Below are positions 40,452-51,405 of a DNA stretch of 64,000 nt, piece after piece. The notes below the pieces were generated by a model, which saw only the letters and a list, made by a program, of their open reading frames with translations, did not search any database and had not been told where the DNA came from. Position numbers and translations under genes: made by a program. Origin of the DNA: Leptogorgia sarmentosa (taxonomy: Eukaryota); assembly GCA_964658305.1 (NCBI GenBank), contig OZ210885.1, positions 6,448,001-6,512,000 of the forward strand, read 5' to 3'. The number at the start of each line of letters is the position of its first letter. Position 1 is the stretch's first letter.

Positions 40452-41900
40452 TCAATGGTTAATTGAAATCAAACATGCTTGCGTCAGAGGTGATCCGCGA
40501 ATGGAAATTTGACGTCGGGAGGGTCGGACTAAGATATCATTATAAGTCATAAAGGGAGTGCCAGCAAGGATATCAACATCCAGCTCTTCAACGACAAGAG
40601 CATCGCTGACCCATCGAATGGTGGGTGTGACCCGGTAGCTATGGGAAGGAGGTTCCTCCTCATTAGGCGCGGGATCAGGGTCCTCAGGGGCGAGGCTGTC
40701 GGACATGACTTGTCGAGCGCGTGTGAGATATTGTCGATCGGAGGATGGGAGGTAGGGACACTTGCTGAGATAATGACGGAATTGTGGGCGACTTGCCTGT
40801 TGGCACAGAGGGCAGACTTTATTTCGGGTAACAGGGTTGGCACTGGCTGTGCACTAAGGCTGTGGCACTTGCACCGACGGAGAATGTCGAAGATTAGACT
40901 GTTGAAAGGCAGTACGTAAGACCTTAGACTCACTAGAGGTATGAATCTCATCGAGCAGACTCGAGAGCCTGGGATATTTCTGGCTTTAGGCTGGCTAGTG
41001 TTTGCGACCTCAGCTCAGTTCCATATCGCTGCTTGATAAATGCAGGGAGGTCGGGGTGGAGTAAACATAACCATGTAATGACAATTACATTCTCGAGGGA
41101 AGGGGTCATTTCTTCGTCAACGGTTATATTTTCCCCATGATGGCGAATACTGCCACTTGCTTTTAACAAATTGTCGTCGATAAAGCCTGAGAGGCGTTGG
41201 TGGAGGTCCTCGGCTCTCTCCCCAGCTTCTAAGCATAGGGTGTTGAAATCGAGGGATCGGGCACCGCTGGATTGGAAACCTAAATGGGCACGAATAGACT
41301 GCCAGATTGACTGCATAGTGGTGGAATTTTTAACTATAGTGTTCCGAGCAACAACGGGGTTAAAATTGGCAATTTCGCCCAACATTAATTCTAGGCGAGT
41401 TACCTTCTGAGCGGCACTGCGTCGGTTGGCCTGGGGAACCTCTTCGTTGTCGTCGGTGAAACCCCGAGTTGGGTTGGTACTGGACTTGCGTTGCCATGTC
41501 GTGTCCTCAAGCAGAAAATGAGCAAATTTGGGTCGAGCGACAGAATATATAAAAGATTTTGGCGCCAAGCCTCAAAGGAAGTAATGCTTTCTTCTTTCGT
41601 TAATGGCCATTGTTTGGGTGCACGATTACTGGCCATTGTTGTACGTAAACGAGTGGCGTTTTACAGCTACTTTGACTAACTGTCGTGCCTTGACGATTTG
41701 GAGTCCGAGAGACAGACTTCTTGTTGATCTGACGGTGTGGAAAGGCTACAATTCGTTGTAACCGTTCGTTAAGAAGAGTGGTTTAATACGCTGCCACCAC
41801 GGCAGTAAGTAGAGAAGAACACTCAGGCACAATATGCAAATATCCTTTTATTTGGATTAGCGACAATAACGTTTACGAAACAGCTCCTTAATGGCTGACA
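40452..41900 (-). mobile_element. Gypsy-type LTR retrotransposon relic (LTR remnant, PBS, frameshifted gag, protease fragment)
   Basis: PBS TGGTGGCAGCG (tRNA-Leu-like) at 41789-41799. gag [14 protein letters not shown]... with knuckle CPLCQQASRPQFRHYLSKCP. Protease tail ALVVEELDVDILAGTPF. Confidence 0.8.
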
Positions 41901-42241
41901 ACAACAACCCTTCAGATTGCAGGAAATGTTATAGTTACTTGAAAATTTATACTAAAAGTATATATAATATTTATTTATTTCCTTGTGTTGGATTTTGCAT
42001 TTAACGACCTGTTTAAATGATCTTTGAGTGATTTAAAAAAAAGTTGGAAAAGTGTTCTTTCCTGCGTGATTACCGATTAATTTATGCATAATTGGATATT
42101 TGCATGAATTACCAATGCAAATTGAAGCTAATTCCCAAAGGTCCGAAATTACGCGAAGAAATTGCGGAAAATCCAGTTTTCGGACATCGCACGTCCGTCT
42201 CAGCGTGCACCAACTTTCTCAAAACTTGAATAGCTTGTATA

Positions 42242-43019
42242 CAGGGTGTCTCAAAAAAAAGGTAATCGAACTTTGGCATGCCATTGTGCGTTGATTACTG
42301 GGTGCATGAACGTGATTTTTGCATGGTCATAAAGATCAAGGTCTTAGCAGTTGAATGACATATTTGTTGTACGATATGGAAGAAAATCAGGCAAATGCGA
42401 GCGTGTTGAAAAATCTCGGTGAAAAACGCATTCTTTCACCTCTGTGCCTAATTAAAGCAATGCATAACAAAAGAATAATGCCAATCATCGCGAATGTGTC
42501 ATGGTAACAAAGATTTTATCAGGATTATTAATAATTATGCATAATCAGGTCGATTGTTGAAGGGAAGGTCGTCATCTTCGAGTCCCAGAGGGAGTTAATT
42601 TTGAATAAGTTTAGCTGCAATTCTCAGAGGTGAAAGAATGCGTTTTTCACCGAGATTTTTCAACACGCTCGCATTTGCCTGATTTTCTTCCATATCGTAC
42701 AACAAATATGTCATTCAACTGCTAAGACAAGGCCGTCGGAAGCGGGGGGGGGGCTGGGGGGGCTTGAGCCTGGAAATCCTATTTTCGGGGGTGCTAGATT
42801 TCAAAATTTTCTACGTGGGGCATACCCCCAAGCAGCGCGAACGCCTTTGGCATTCGCCTAGTGCTCAGGCTTTTGGCGAGCCCCCCCAATGTATATTTGC
42901 TTCCGACGGCCTTGTAAGACCTTGATCTTTATGACCATGCAAAAATCACGTTCGTACACCCAGTAATTAACGCACAATGGCATGCCAAAGTTGGATTACC
43001 TTTTTTTTGAGACACCCTG
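42242..43019. mobile_element. Tc1/mariner-like MITE with ~200-bp TIRs
   Basis: Termini CAGGGTGTCTCAAAAAAAAGGTAATC and its reverse complement; TA TSD. Confidence 0.85.
42728..42914. mobile_element. hAT-like MITE with 5-bp TSD nested in the right TIR of the Tc1-like MITE
   Basis: Perfect 16-bp TIR CAAGGCCGTCGGAAGC. TSD TAAGA at 42723-42727 and 42915-42919; the empty site can be read from the left TIR. Confidence 0.8.
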
Positions 43020-43264
43020 TATTATACTCCATATTTTGAAACGATTAAATCAAATTGCGTGAAGAAAACTTTTTTTTTCCGCGCAAGTCGTTTTCAATGG
43101 GCCTTTCAGTGACCACATTTCCCATTCTAAAAAAGTTTGTTTTTAAAATAAACTTAATGCTAGATATACCACTATATAGAGGGTGTTAAACTACCTATGA
43201 TAACCGAAAGTTTTTGGAAATTTTGAGCGCTCGTTAGTTTAGAGAATGTTTTTCATCAATAAAC

Positions 43265-45920
43265 TTTTTTTTATACACCTTGTATAGTCTTTAGAGCATG
43301 TAAATCTATTATAAGTCTATATATATAAGTCTATCTATAAGGATTTTTATATATAGCATGCAATTGATTAGTGAGGATTAGTTTGGTTGGATTTGAGATT
43401 ATCTTCTCTCCTAGCAAAACATTTTGCGATGAATTCGGAGAAAAGATTGATTAATACTGGATCGTTAGACTTCATTGTGTGTTCCAGAAGTTTTCTTTTA
43501 CTTTCTGTTGTTAAATTCAGATCAAACATTGTTTTAAGTATCTGATTTGAGTTATTTCTGAGGTTGTCGTATTTTTGGCATTCGAAACCAAAATGGAATT
43601 CGTCTTCGATTTTATGAGAGTTGCCGAGTTTACAGGATCTTTCTTCACGAGGGATATTTTGATATCTTCCATATTCAATTAGTAATTTATGATTGCTCAT
43701 TCGAATTTGTGTAAATGTTCTTGTCACTGTTGGATTTTTAGTGAGAGATAGGTATGGTTCAATTGTGTATTCATTTTTTATTTTGGAAAGGAATGTCAGT
43801 TTTGAGGAGTTGGATATTTTGTGTGACCAGAATTAAATATTTTTTTTTTCTCATATTCTCTACTATTGTCGCAGTGTTATAATTTAGGATGTTTGATTCG
43901 AGGTTTTAATAGGAGAGGGTATTTGCCAAGTTCTCCTCTGCAGGCTACATTGGATGCCTTTTTATTGACGCCCACGCCCAGATAATAGCTTGCAGAATCT
44001 GAGGTTCACTTTTTCTATAACGGAGGTTTCCCATTTGTTTAGATTGTTCTTTTCGTACGCACCCCATACTTCGGAATTATACAGTAAAATAGGGGAGGTT
44101 ATTTCAAGTTTTTTCTTTATTTTATATAGTGCGTGGAGTGCTTTTTCACTTAGCTGTTGTTGTGCTGCTTTGAAGTTTCCGTTTTGGGTGAGTTTGAGTC
44201 CAAGGTCAGTATATTCTTTAGTGGTTTCTATTAATTTATCTCCGATGTGAAATTTGAGGTTGAGAGGTTGTTTTGAGTTGTGTTTTTGGAAAATCATAAT
44301 TTTTGTCTTTTTTGTATTAACTTGCATTAACCACTTCATATACACCGTTGATGAAGTTGGTTAAGGCAGTTTTGGAGACCAGATTTTGATCTTGAGAAAA
44401 TAACTGAAAAATTCATCAGCGTATAGCAAACTGTTTATTTTAGCTTCATTCGGTAGCATATAAATTAAAGAGTATTGGACTCAGGATACAACCTTGGCGT
44501 ACACTGACCTTTCTTATATTGAAAGAAGGGTGTTCGGTTTTTTAGAAATTTTTATTGCACATTTTGTGTTTGAGTACATGTTTTTAATCAGATCGTAAAA
44601 AAGACAACTTTTTTGTTTTTTAATAGTTTGTACAAGAGGCCTTCGTGCCAGACAGAATCAAAATCAAAGGCTTTCCTAAAGTCGACAAAGCATGCATAGA
44701 TTTTTCCGCCGTTGGTAGGTTTAACAAATGTGTCGTGGAGGGTTTTTAAGGTGAGTGCGTGATCTGCTGTTCTGTTCCCAGGCATAAAGCCAATTTGTGA
44801 AGGATGTATAATTTTTTTGTTATTTACGAAATTCATTAATCGTGTGTTTAGGATTGAACAGAATAATTTGCCCATACAACTTGGGACACAGATGCCTCGG
44901 TAGTTGTTGGTATCCAGAGTGTTTCCTGATTTGTGGATCGGTGATATGAGACCCTCCGTCCACACTTCAGGAAACTCTTCTGTTTATAGGATTTTGTTAA
45001 AAATTTTTAGAAATCCAGTCTTAAGGATATAGATTTTATCAATTCGTTTCTTATTTTGTCACTAAAAACTGCTTTTTTTGTTTTTAATTTCTTGGTTGCA
45101 GTGAACAATTCATTTTCGGTAATATTTGTGTCGAGTTCATCAAATTTGTTTTTAGTTTTTTTCGGATGTTTCTAGGAGTTCTAGGATTTTATCTTGTTTT
45201 TTCGTTAGGGTGTGTTCTGAGTGGAGTGTTTCGAAGTGGTTTAACCATTGATCGTGTGATGGTGTGTTGGTATTTTCACTATGGTCAATGTTGTCAGCGG
45301 TATTTTTTAGTAATTTCCAAAATAATGTGGGGTCATTGGTGGCATTCTCTAATTCTTCGATTCTGTCTTGCTGGAATTTGTTCTTTTTCATTTCTAGAGT
45401 ATTTTTATAGTTTTTCAGGGCAATGTGATATGCATTTCTGATTTCATCATTGTTTGGGTCATCATGTTTTTTGTTGGCGAGTTTTCTCAAGTTGCGTCTT
45501 TTTATCCGGCATTCTTTGTCAAACCATCTTTTGTTCAAATTGTTGGTTAGGCTACGACGTTTTTGTCTTTCATGGATCGTTTGGATGCTTCAAGTATAAT
45601 ATTTGAAATTCGTTCACAAATTGATTAATCCCTTCTTTGTTATTAGGATAGTCATTATTTAGGAATAATCAATTGTTCTGGTTTGATTTTGATTTCGTTT
45701 GATTTTAGTATTTTGACAAAGAGATCTTTGGGGTCATTTGTCCAAATATATTGAAATGGAAATTTTTCTAGATTTGTTTTTGTTTTATTTTGACAATCTG
45801 TTTCATTTTGTATGTCTCTTTGTATATTGAGCCAGGCAATAACTTGGCTGTGGTCAGAAAGATAGTTTAGGGGGTTTAACAACTGGGTGTTTAGTATTTT
45901 GTATAGTTTAGTATTTTGTA
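43265..45920 (-). pseudogene. Degenerate 5'-truncated copy of the RTEX-like LINE
   Basis: ORF fragments 45655-45882, 45152-45538, 44588-44965, 43962-44345 and 43368-43727 closely match ORF 47526-51086. Frameshifts and internal deletions; T run at the 3' end. Confidence 0.9.
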
Positions 45921-45921
45921 A

Positions 45922-47289
45922 TGGTCGATTTTGGCCACTTTTTCAACTTTTGAAAAACACCTCAAATATCAATGCAAACCTCTTGAGGGTATTTTTAAGA
46001 GCATTTGGAGCGTTTTTAGATGATTTTTGAGTGATTTAAAACAGTTGAAAAAGTGGCCAAAATCGGCCAAAAAGTAAAGGGGTTCACTTTAACTTTTTGG
46101 TCAATTTCGGCCACTTTTTCAACTTTTGAAAACACCTCAAATATCAATGCAAAGCTCTTGAGGGTGTTTTTAAAAGCATTTGGAGTCGTTTTAAATGATT
46201 TTTGAGTGATTTTAAACAGTTGAAAAGGGGCCAAAAGTGGCCAAAATCGGCCAAAAAGTAAAGGGGTTCATCTTAACTTTTTGGTCGATTTCGGGCACTT
46301 TTTCGACTTTTGAAAAACACCTCAAATATTTTGAGGGTATTTTTAAGAGCATTTGGAGTGTTTTTAAATGATTTTCGAGTGATTTTAAACAGTTGAAAAA
46401 GTGGCCAAAATCGGCCAAAAAGTTAAAGTGAACCCCTTTACTTTTTGGCCGATTTTGGCCACTTTTTCAACTTTTGAAAACACCTCAAATATCAATGCAA
46501 AGCTCTTGAGGGTGTTTTCAAAAGCATTTGGAGTGGTTTTAAATGATTTTTGAGTGATTTTAAACAGTTGAAAAAGTGGCCAAAATCGGCCAAAAAGTAA
46601 AGGGGTTCACCTTAACTTTTTGGTCGACTTTTGCCACTTTTTCAACTTTTGAAAAACACCTCAAATATTTTGAGGGTATTTTTAAGAGCATTTGGAGTGT
46701 TTTTAAATGATTTTCGAGTGATTTTAAACAGTTGAAAAAGTGGCCAAAATCGGCCAAAAAGTTAAAGTGAACCCCTTAACTTTTTGGTCGACTTTTGCCA
46801 CTTTTTCAACTTTTGAAAAACACCTCAAATATCAATGCAAACCTCTTGAGGGTATTTTTAAGAGCATTTGGAGTGTTTTTAAATGATTTTTGAGTGATTT
46901 AAAACTGTTGAAAAAGTGGCCAAAATAGACCAAAAAGTAAAGGGGTTCACCTTAACTTTTTGGTCGACTTTTGCCACTTTTGAAAAACACCTCAAATATC
47001 AATGCAAACCTCTTGAGGGTATTTTTAAGAGCATTTGGAGTGTTTTTAAATGATTGTTGAGTGATTTAAAACTGTTGAAAAAGTGGCCAAAATAGACCAA
47101 AAAGTAAAGGGGTTCACCTTAACTTTTTGGTCGACTTTTGCCACTTTTTCAACTTTTGAAAAACACCTCAAATATCAATGCAAACCTCTTGAGGGTATTT
47201 TTAAGAGCATTTGGAGTGTTTTTAAATGATTTTTGAGTGATTTAAAACTGTTGAAAAAGTGGCCAAAATAGACCAAAAAGTAAAGGGTT
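45922..47289. repeat. ~165-185-bp AT-rich satellite (about 8 units) with an internal hairpin; continues at 53011-53248
   Basis: Unit ...TTGAAAAAGTGGCCAAAATCGGCCAAAAAGT-AAAGGGGTTCACCTTA-ACTTTTTGGTCGACTTTTGCCACTTTTTCAA...AACACCTCAAATATC... Confidence 0.92.
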
Positions 47290-47525
47290 TTTTTTTTTAT
47301 TGAAAGCTTTTATTTGCATGACCTATTTACAGGTATTGCTAAGCGTATAAAGTATCGTATAACAAGAAAAGGGTTAGATGTAACATAACGAAATTAGGGA
47401 TTAGTAATATTATGTCTCTATATAATATAGTCTTTAGAGCATATAAATCTATTATAGGTCTAATATTATATATATATATATAAGTCTATCTAAAAGGATG
47501 TTTATAGTATGTAGCATGTAATGAA

Positions 47526-50500
47526 TTAGTGAGGATTAGTTTGGTTGGATTTGAGACTATCTTCTCTCCTAGCAAAACATTTTGCGATGAATTCGGAGAA
47601 AAGATTGATTAATACTGGATCTTTAGACTTCATTATGTGATCCAGTAGTTTTCTTTTACTTTCTGTCGTTAAATTCAAATCAAACATTGTTTTAAGTATC
47701 TGATTTGATTTATTTCTGAGGTTGTCGTATTTTTGGCATTCGAAACTAAGGTGGAATTCGTTTTCGATTTTGTGAGAGTTGCAGAGTTTACAGGTTCTTT
47801 CTTCACGAGGGATATTTTGGTATCTTCCATATTCAATTTGTAGTTTATGGTTGCTTATCCGAAATTGTGTAAATGTTCTTCTCACTGTTGGGTTTTTAAT
47901 GAAAGATAGGTATGGCTCAATTGTGTATTCATTTTTTATTTTCGAAAGGAATGTCAGTTTTGAGGAGTTGGATATTTTGTGTGACCAGAATTCAGTATAT
48001 TTCTTTCTCATATTCTCTACTATTGTCGTAGTGTTATAATTTAGGATGTTTGATTCGATGTTTTGTTCATTTGGATAGTATTTTTTCAGTAAGTTGACTG
48101 CATTTGAGTAGTATGATTCTTTTTTATTCAAACGGAGGTCTTTGGACATGTTTAATGTTTGTTTCACGACTTTGTCTTCTGGTAGTTGTGAAATGTGTTT
48201 CAAGTAGTTTATTATGTTCTTTTTGATTGTTAATAGAAGAGGGTATTTGCCAAGTTCTCCTCTGCAGGCTACATTGGATGCCTTTTTATTGACGCCCAGA
48301 TATAACTTGCAGAATCTGAGGTTCACTTTTTCTATATCGGAGGTTTCCCATTTGTTTAAATTGTCTTTTTCGTACGCTCCCCATACTTCGGAATTATATA
48401 GTAGAATAGGGGAGATTATAGAGTGAAAGATTTTTAGAGCCAGTTTTGGTGTTAGTTTGTGGAAATCAAGTTTTTTCTTTATTTTATATAGTGCGTGGAG
48501 TGCTTTTTCACTTAGCTGTTGCTGTGCTGCTTTGAAGTTTCCGTTTTGGGTGAGTTTGAGTCCGAGGTAGGTATATTCTTTAGTGGTTTCTATTAATTTA
48601 TCTCCGATGTGAAATTTGAGGTTGAGAGGTTGTTTTGAGTTGTGTTTTTGGAAAATCATAATTTTTGTCTTTTTTGTATTAACTTGCATTAACCACATCG
48701 TACACCATTGATGAAGTTGGTCAAGGCAATTTTGGAGACCAGATTTTGATCTTGAGAGAATAACTAAGTCATCAGCGTATAGTAAACTGTTTATTTTGGT
48801 TCCATTCGGTAGTATAAATGGGTCTGATAGAGTATTTTCGAAAAGTGTTGGTATTTCGTTGATATATAAATTAAAGAGTATTGGGCTCAGAATACAGCCT
48901 TGTCGTACACCTTTCTTATATTGAAAGAAGGGTGTTCGGTTATTAGAAATTTTTATTGCACATTTTGTGTTTGAGTACATGTTTTTAATCAGGTCGTAGA
49001 AAAGACCGCCTATTTTGTTTTTTAATAGTTTGTAAAAGAGGCCTTGGTGCCAGACAGAATCGAAGGCTTTTCTAAAGTCGACAAAGCATGCGTAGATTTT
49101 CCCGCTGTTGGTGGGTTTAACAAATGTGTCGTGGAGGGTTTTCAAGGTGAGTGCATGATCTGCTGTTCTGTTTCCAGGCATAAAGCCAATTTGTGAAGGA
49201 TGTATAATTTTTTTGTTATTTACGAAATTCATTAATCGTGTGTTTAGGATTGAACAGAATAATTTGCCCATACAACTTGAGACACAGATGCCCCGGTAGT
49301 TGTTGGTATCTAGAGTGTTTCCTGATTTGTGGATCGGTGATATGAGACCCTCCGTCCACACTTCAGGAAACTCTCCTGTTTTTAGGATTTTGTTAAAAAT
49401 TTTTAGAAATCCAGTTTTAAGGATATCAGCGCTAGATTTTATCATTTCGTTTCTTATTTTGTCACTGTAAACCGCTTTTTTTGTTTTTAATTTCTTGGTT
49501 GCAGTGAATAATTCATTTTCGGTAATATTTGTGTCGAGTTCATCAAATTTGTTTTTAGTTTTTTCGGATGTCTCTAGAAGTTCTAGGATTTCATCTTGTT
49601 TTTTCGTTAGGGTGTGTTCTGAGTGGAGTGTTTCGAAGTGGTTTAACCATTGATCGTGTGATGGTGTGTTGGTATTTTCACTATGGTCAATGTTGTCAGC
49701 GGTATTTTTTAGTAGTTTCCAAAATAATGTGGGGTCATTGGTGGCATTCTCTAATTCTTCGATTCTGTCTTGTTGGAATTTGTTCCTTTTCGTTTCTAGG
49801 GTATTTTTATAGTTTTTCAGGGCAATGTGATATGCATTTCTGATTTCATTATTGTTTGGGTCATCATGTTTTTTGTTGGCGAGTTTTCTCAAGTTGTGTC
49901 TTTTTATCCGGCATTCTTTGTCAAACCATTTTTTGTTTAAATTGTTGGTTCGGGTACGACGTTTTTTTCTTTTTATTTTCATGGATCGTTTGGATGCTTC
50001 AAGTATAATATTTTGAAATTCGTTCACACATTGATTAATCCCTTCTTTGTTTTCAAGATAGTCATTATTTAGGAATTGTTCTAGTTTGATTTTGATTTCG
50101 TTTGATTTTAGTTGTTTGACAAATAGATCTTTGGAGTCATTGGTCCAAATAAGTTGAAATGGTAATTTTTCTAGATTTGTTTTTGTTTTATTTTGATAAT
50201 CTATTTCATTTTGCATGTCTCTTTGTATGTTGAGCCAGGCAATAACTTGACTGTGGTCAGAAAGATAGTTTGGGGGTTTAACGACTAGGTGTTTAGTATT
50301 TTGTAATAAATTTTGGCTACATATTATGTAGTCGACAACACTTGTTCCATTTTGTCCATGGAAGGTAGGTCTGCCTAGTGAATCACCTAGGGTTCGTCCA
50401 TTTAGGATCCTTGTGTCACAGTTTTTACAGATTTCTATTAGCTTTTTGCCATGGTTGTTAATTGTGGGGTCAAAGTTTTGTCTTTCTTGGGGGCAGAAGG

Positions 50501-51086
50501 AGTCATCACTGGTATCATTGATGTGTTTGTTTCCTTCATTTGATACAGAGTCAGTAAGTTTGGCTGTTCGGGCATTGAAATCACCAAGTATTATTACATT
50601 GGCTTTTGATGAAAACTGGATTATGTCGTTTTCAAGTTCTTCAAATATTTCTTGGTCAAAATATTTTGATTTTTCAGGAGGTATGTAGGTGCCACAGATG
50701 TGAATGTCTGTGGCAAAATTCAGTATTTCTTTGGAAATTTTGCACCATAAGAAATTTTTTGTTTTTTTAGCAATTGTGATAAAGTTTTTGAATTTACTTT
50801 TGTATAAAAGGCTGATGCCCCCCCATTGGCGGCATGGAGTTTTAGATAATGATTTTGCTAGAGTAGAGTGAATAGTCTCAAATCCAGGAATGGTAATATT
50901 TTGATTACTCCAGGTTTCTGTGAGAAACATGAAGTCAGTGTTTGAGATGGCATTAACAAAATCCTTGTTATTTGTCTTATCTCCAAGGATGTTGTTTGAT
51001 ATGCCATTGATGTTCCAGGTACTAAATGATATTTCTCGATTCATTAGGGGTTGTGATTTAAAAAGATATATGAAAGAGACTGCCAT
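47526..51086 (-). CDS. LINE ORF2: AP endonuclease + reverse transcriptase + C-terminal CCHC finger
   Basis: 1186 aa uninterrupted, with WNING, TETW, GDFNAR, SDH, DFRKAFD, GVRQGC, YADD and CKLC...EFH...C. Confidence 0.95.
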   Translation of the reverse strand: MAVSFIYLFKSQPLMNREISFSTWNINGISNNILGDKTNNKDFVNAISNTDFMFLTETWSNQNITIPGFETIHSTLAKSLSKTPCRQWGGISLLYKSKFKNFITIAKKTKNFLWCKISKEILNFATDIHICGTYIPPEKSKYFDQEIFEELENDIIQFSSKANVIILGDFNARTAKLTDSVSNEGNKHINDTSDDSFCPQERQNFDPTINNHGKKLIEICKNCDTRILNGRTLGDSLGRPTFHGQNGTSVVDYIICSQNLLQNTKHLVVKPPNYLSDHSQVIAWLNIQRDMQNEIDYQNKTKTNLEKLPFQLIWTNDSKDLFVKQLKSNEIKIKLEQFLNNDYLENKEGINQCVNEFQNIILEASKRSMKIKRKKRRTRTNNLNKKWFDKECRIKRHNLRKLANKKHDDPNNNEIRNAYHIALKNYKNTLETKRNKFQQDRIEELENATNDPTLFWKLLKNTADNIDHSENTNTPSHDQWLNHFETLHSEHTLTKKQDEILELLETSEKTKNKFDELDTNITENELFTATKKLKTKKAVYSDKIRNEMIKSSADILKTGFLKIFNKILKTGEFPEVWTEGLISPIHKSGNTLDTNNYRGICVSSCMGKLFCSILNTRLMNFVNNKKIIHPSQIGFMPGNRTADHALTLKTLHDTFVKPTNSGKIYACFVDFRKAFDSVWHQGLFYKLLKNKIGGLFYDLIKNMYSNTKCAIKISNNRTPFFQYKKGVRQGCILSPILFNLYINEIPTLFENTLSDPFILPNGTKINSLLYADDLVILSRSKSGLQNCLDQLHQWCTMWLMQVNTKKTKIMIFQKHNSKQPLNLKFHIGDKLIETTKEYTYLGLKLTQNGNFKAAQQQLSEKALHALYKIKKKLDFHKLTPKLALKIFHSIISPILLYNSEVWGAYEKDNLNKWETSDIEKVNLRFCKLYLGVNKKASNVACRGELGKYPLLLTIKKNIINYLKHISQLPEDKVVKQTLNMSKDLRLNKKESYYSNAVNLLKKYYPNEQNIESNILNYNTTTIVENMRKKYTEFWSHKISNSSKLTFLSKIKNEYTIEPYLSFIKNPTVRRTFTQFRISNHKLQIEYGRYQNIPREERTCKLCNSHKIENEFHLSFECQKYDNLRNKSNQILKTMFDLNLTTESKRKLLDHIMKSKDPVLINLFSEFIAKCFARREDSLKSNQTNPH

Positions 51087-51405
51087 GAAAGGAGAGAAAA
51101 AGGGAAGAGGTTAGTCTTAACTATGTTGGTTAATCTATTAGGTCTATTTTTTTTGGATAACAATTTCATATTAATGTTTTATCTAATGTGTATGGAAGAA
51201 TTATAGTAATTTATTGTACTCACATATTTTCTTCAAATGTATCCATAGAGTTGTTGTATTAGATCAATCAATTGGCGTGGTAGATTTGGCGGTTCTTGCA
51301 GAGATCTTGTATAATTTGATCCATGGTTTTCTGTGGGTTTGCTTGTGGAATGGGAGGGGATTGGTGGGTGTTGGGGAGGATTGTGGTGTAGGGGTTCGTT
51401 CTTTT

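Noticed and set aside
46016..46757. Repeated 65-72-aa ORFs in the satellite
   Set aside because: By-products of the repeat unit with non-ATG starts and no domain signal.
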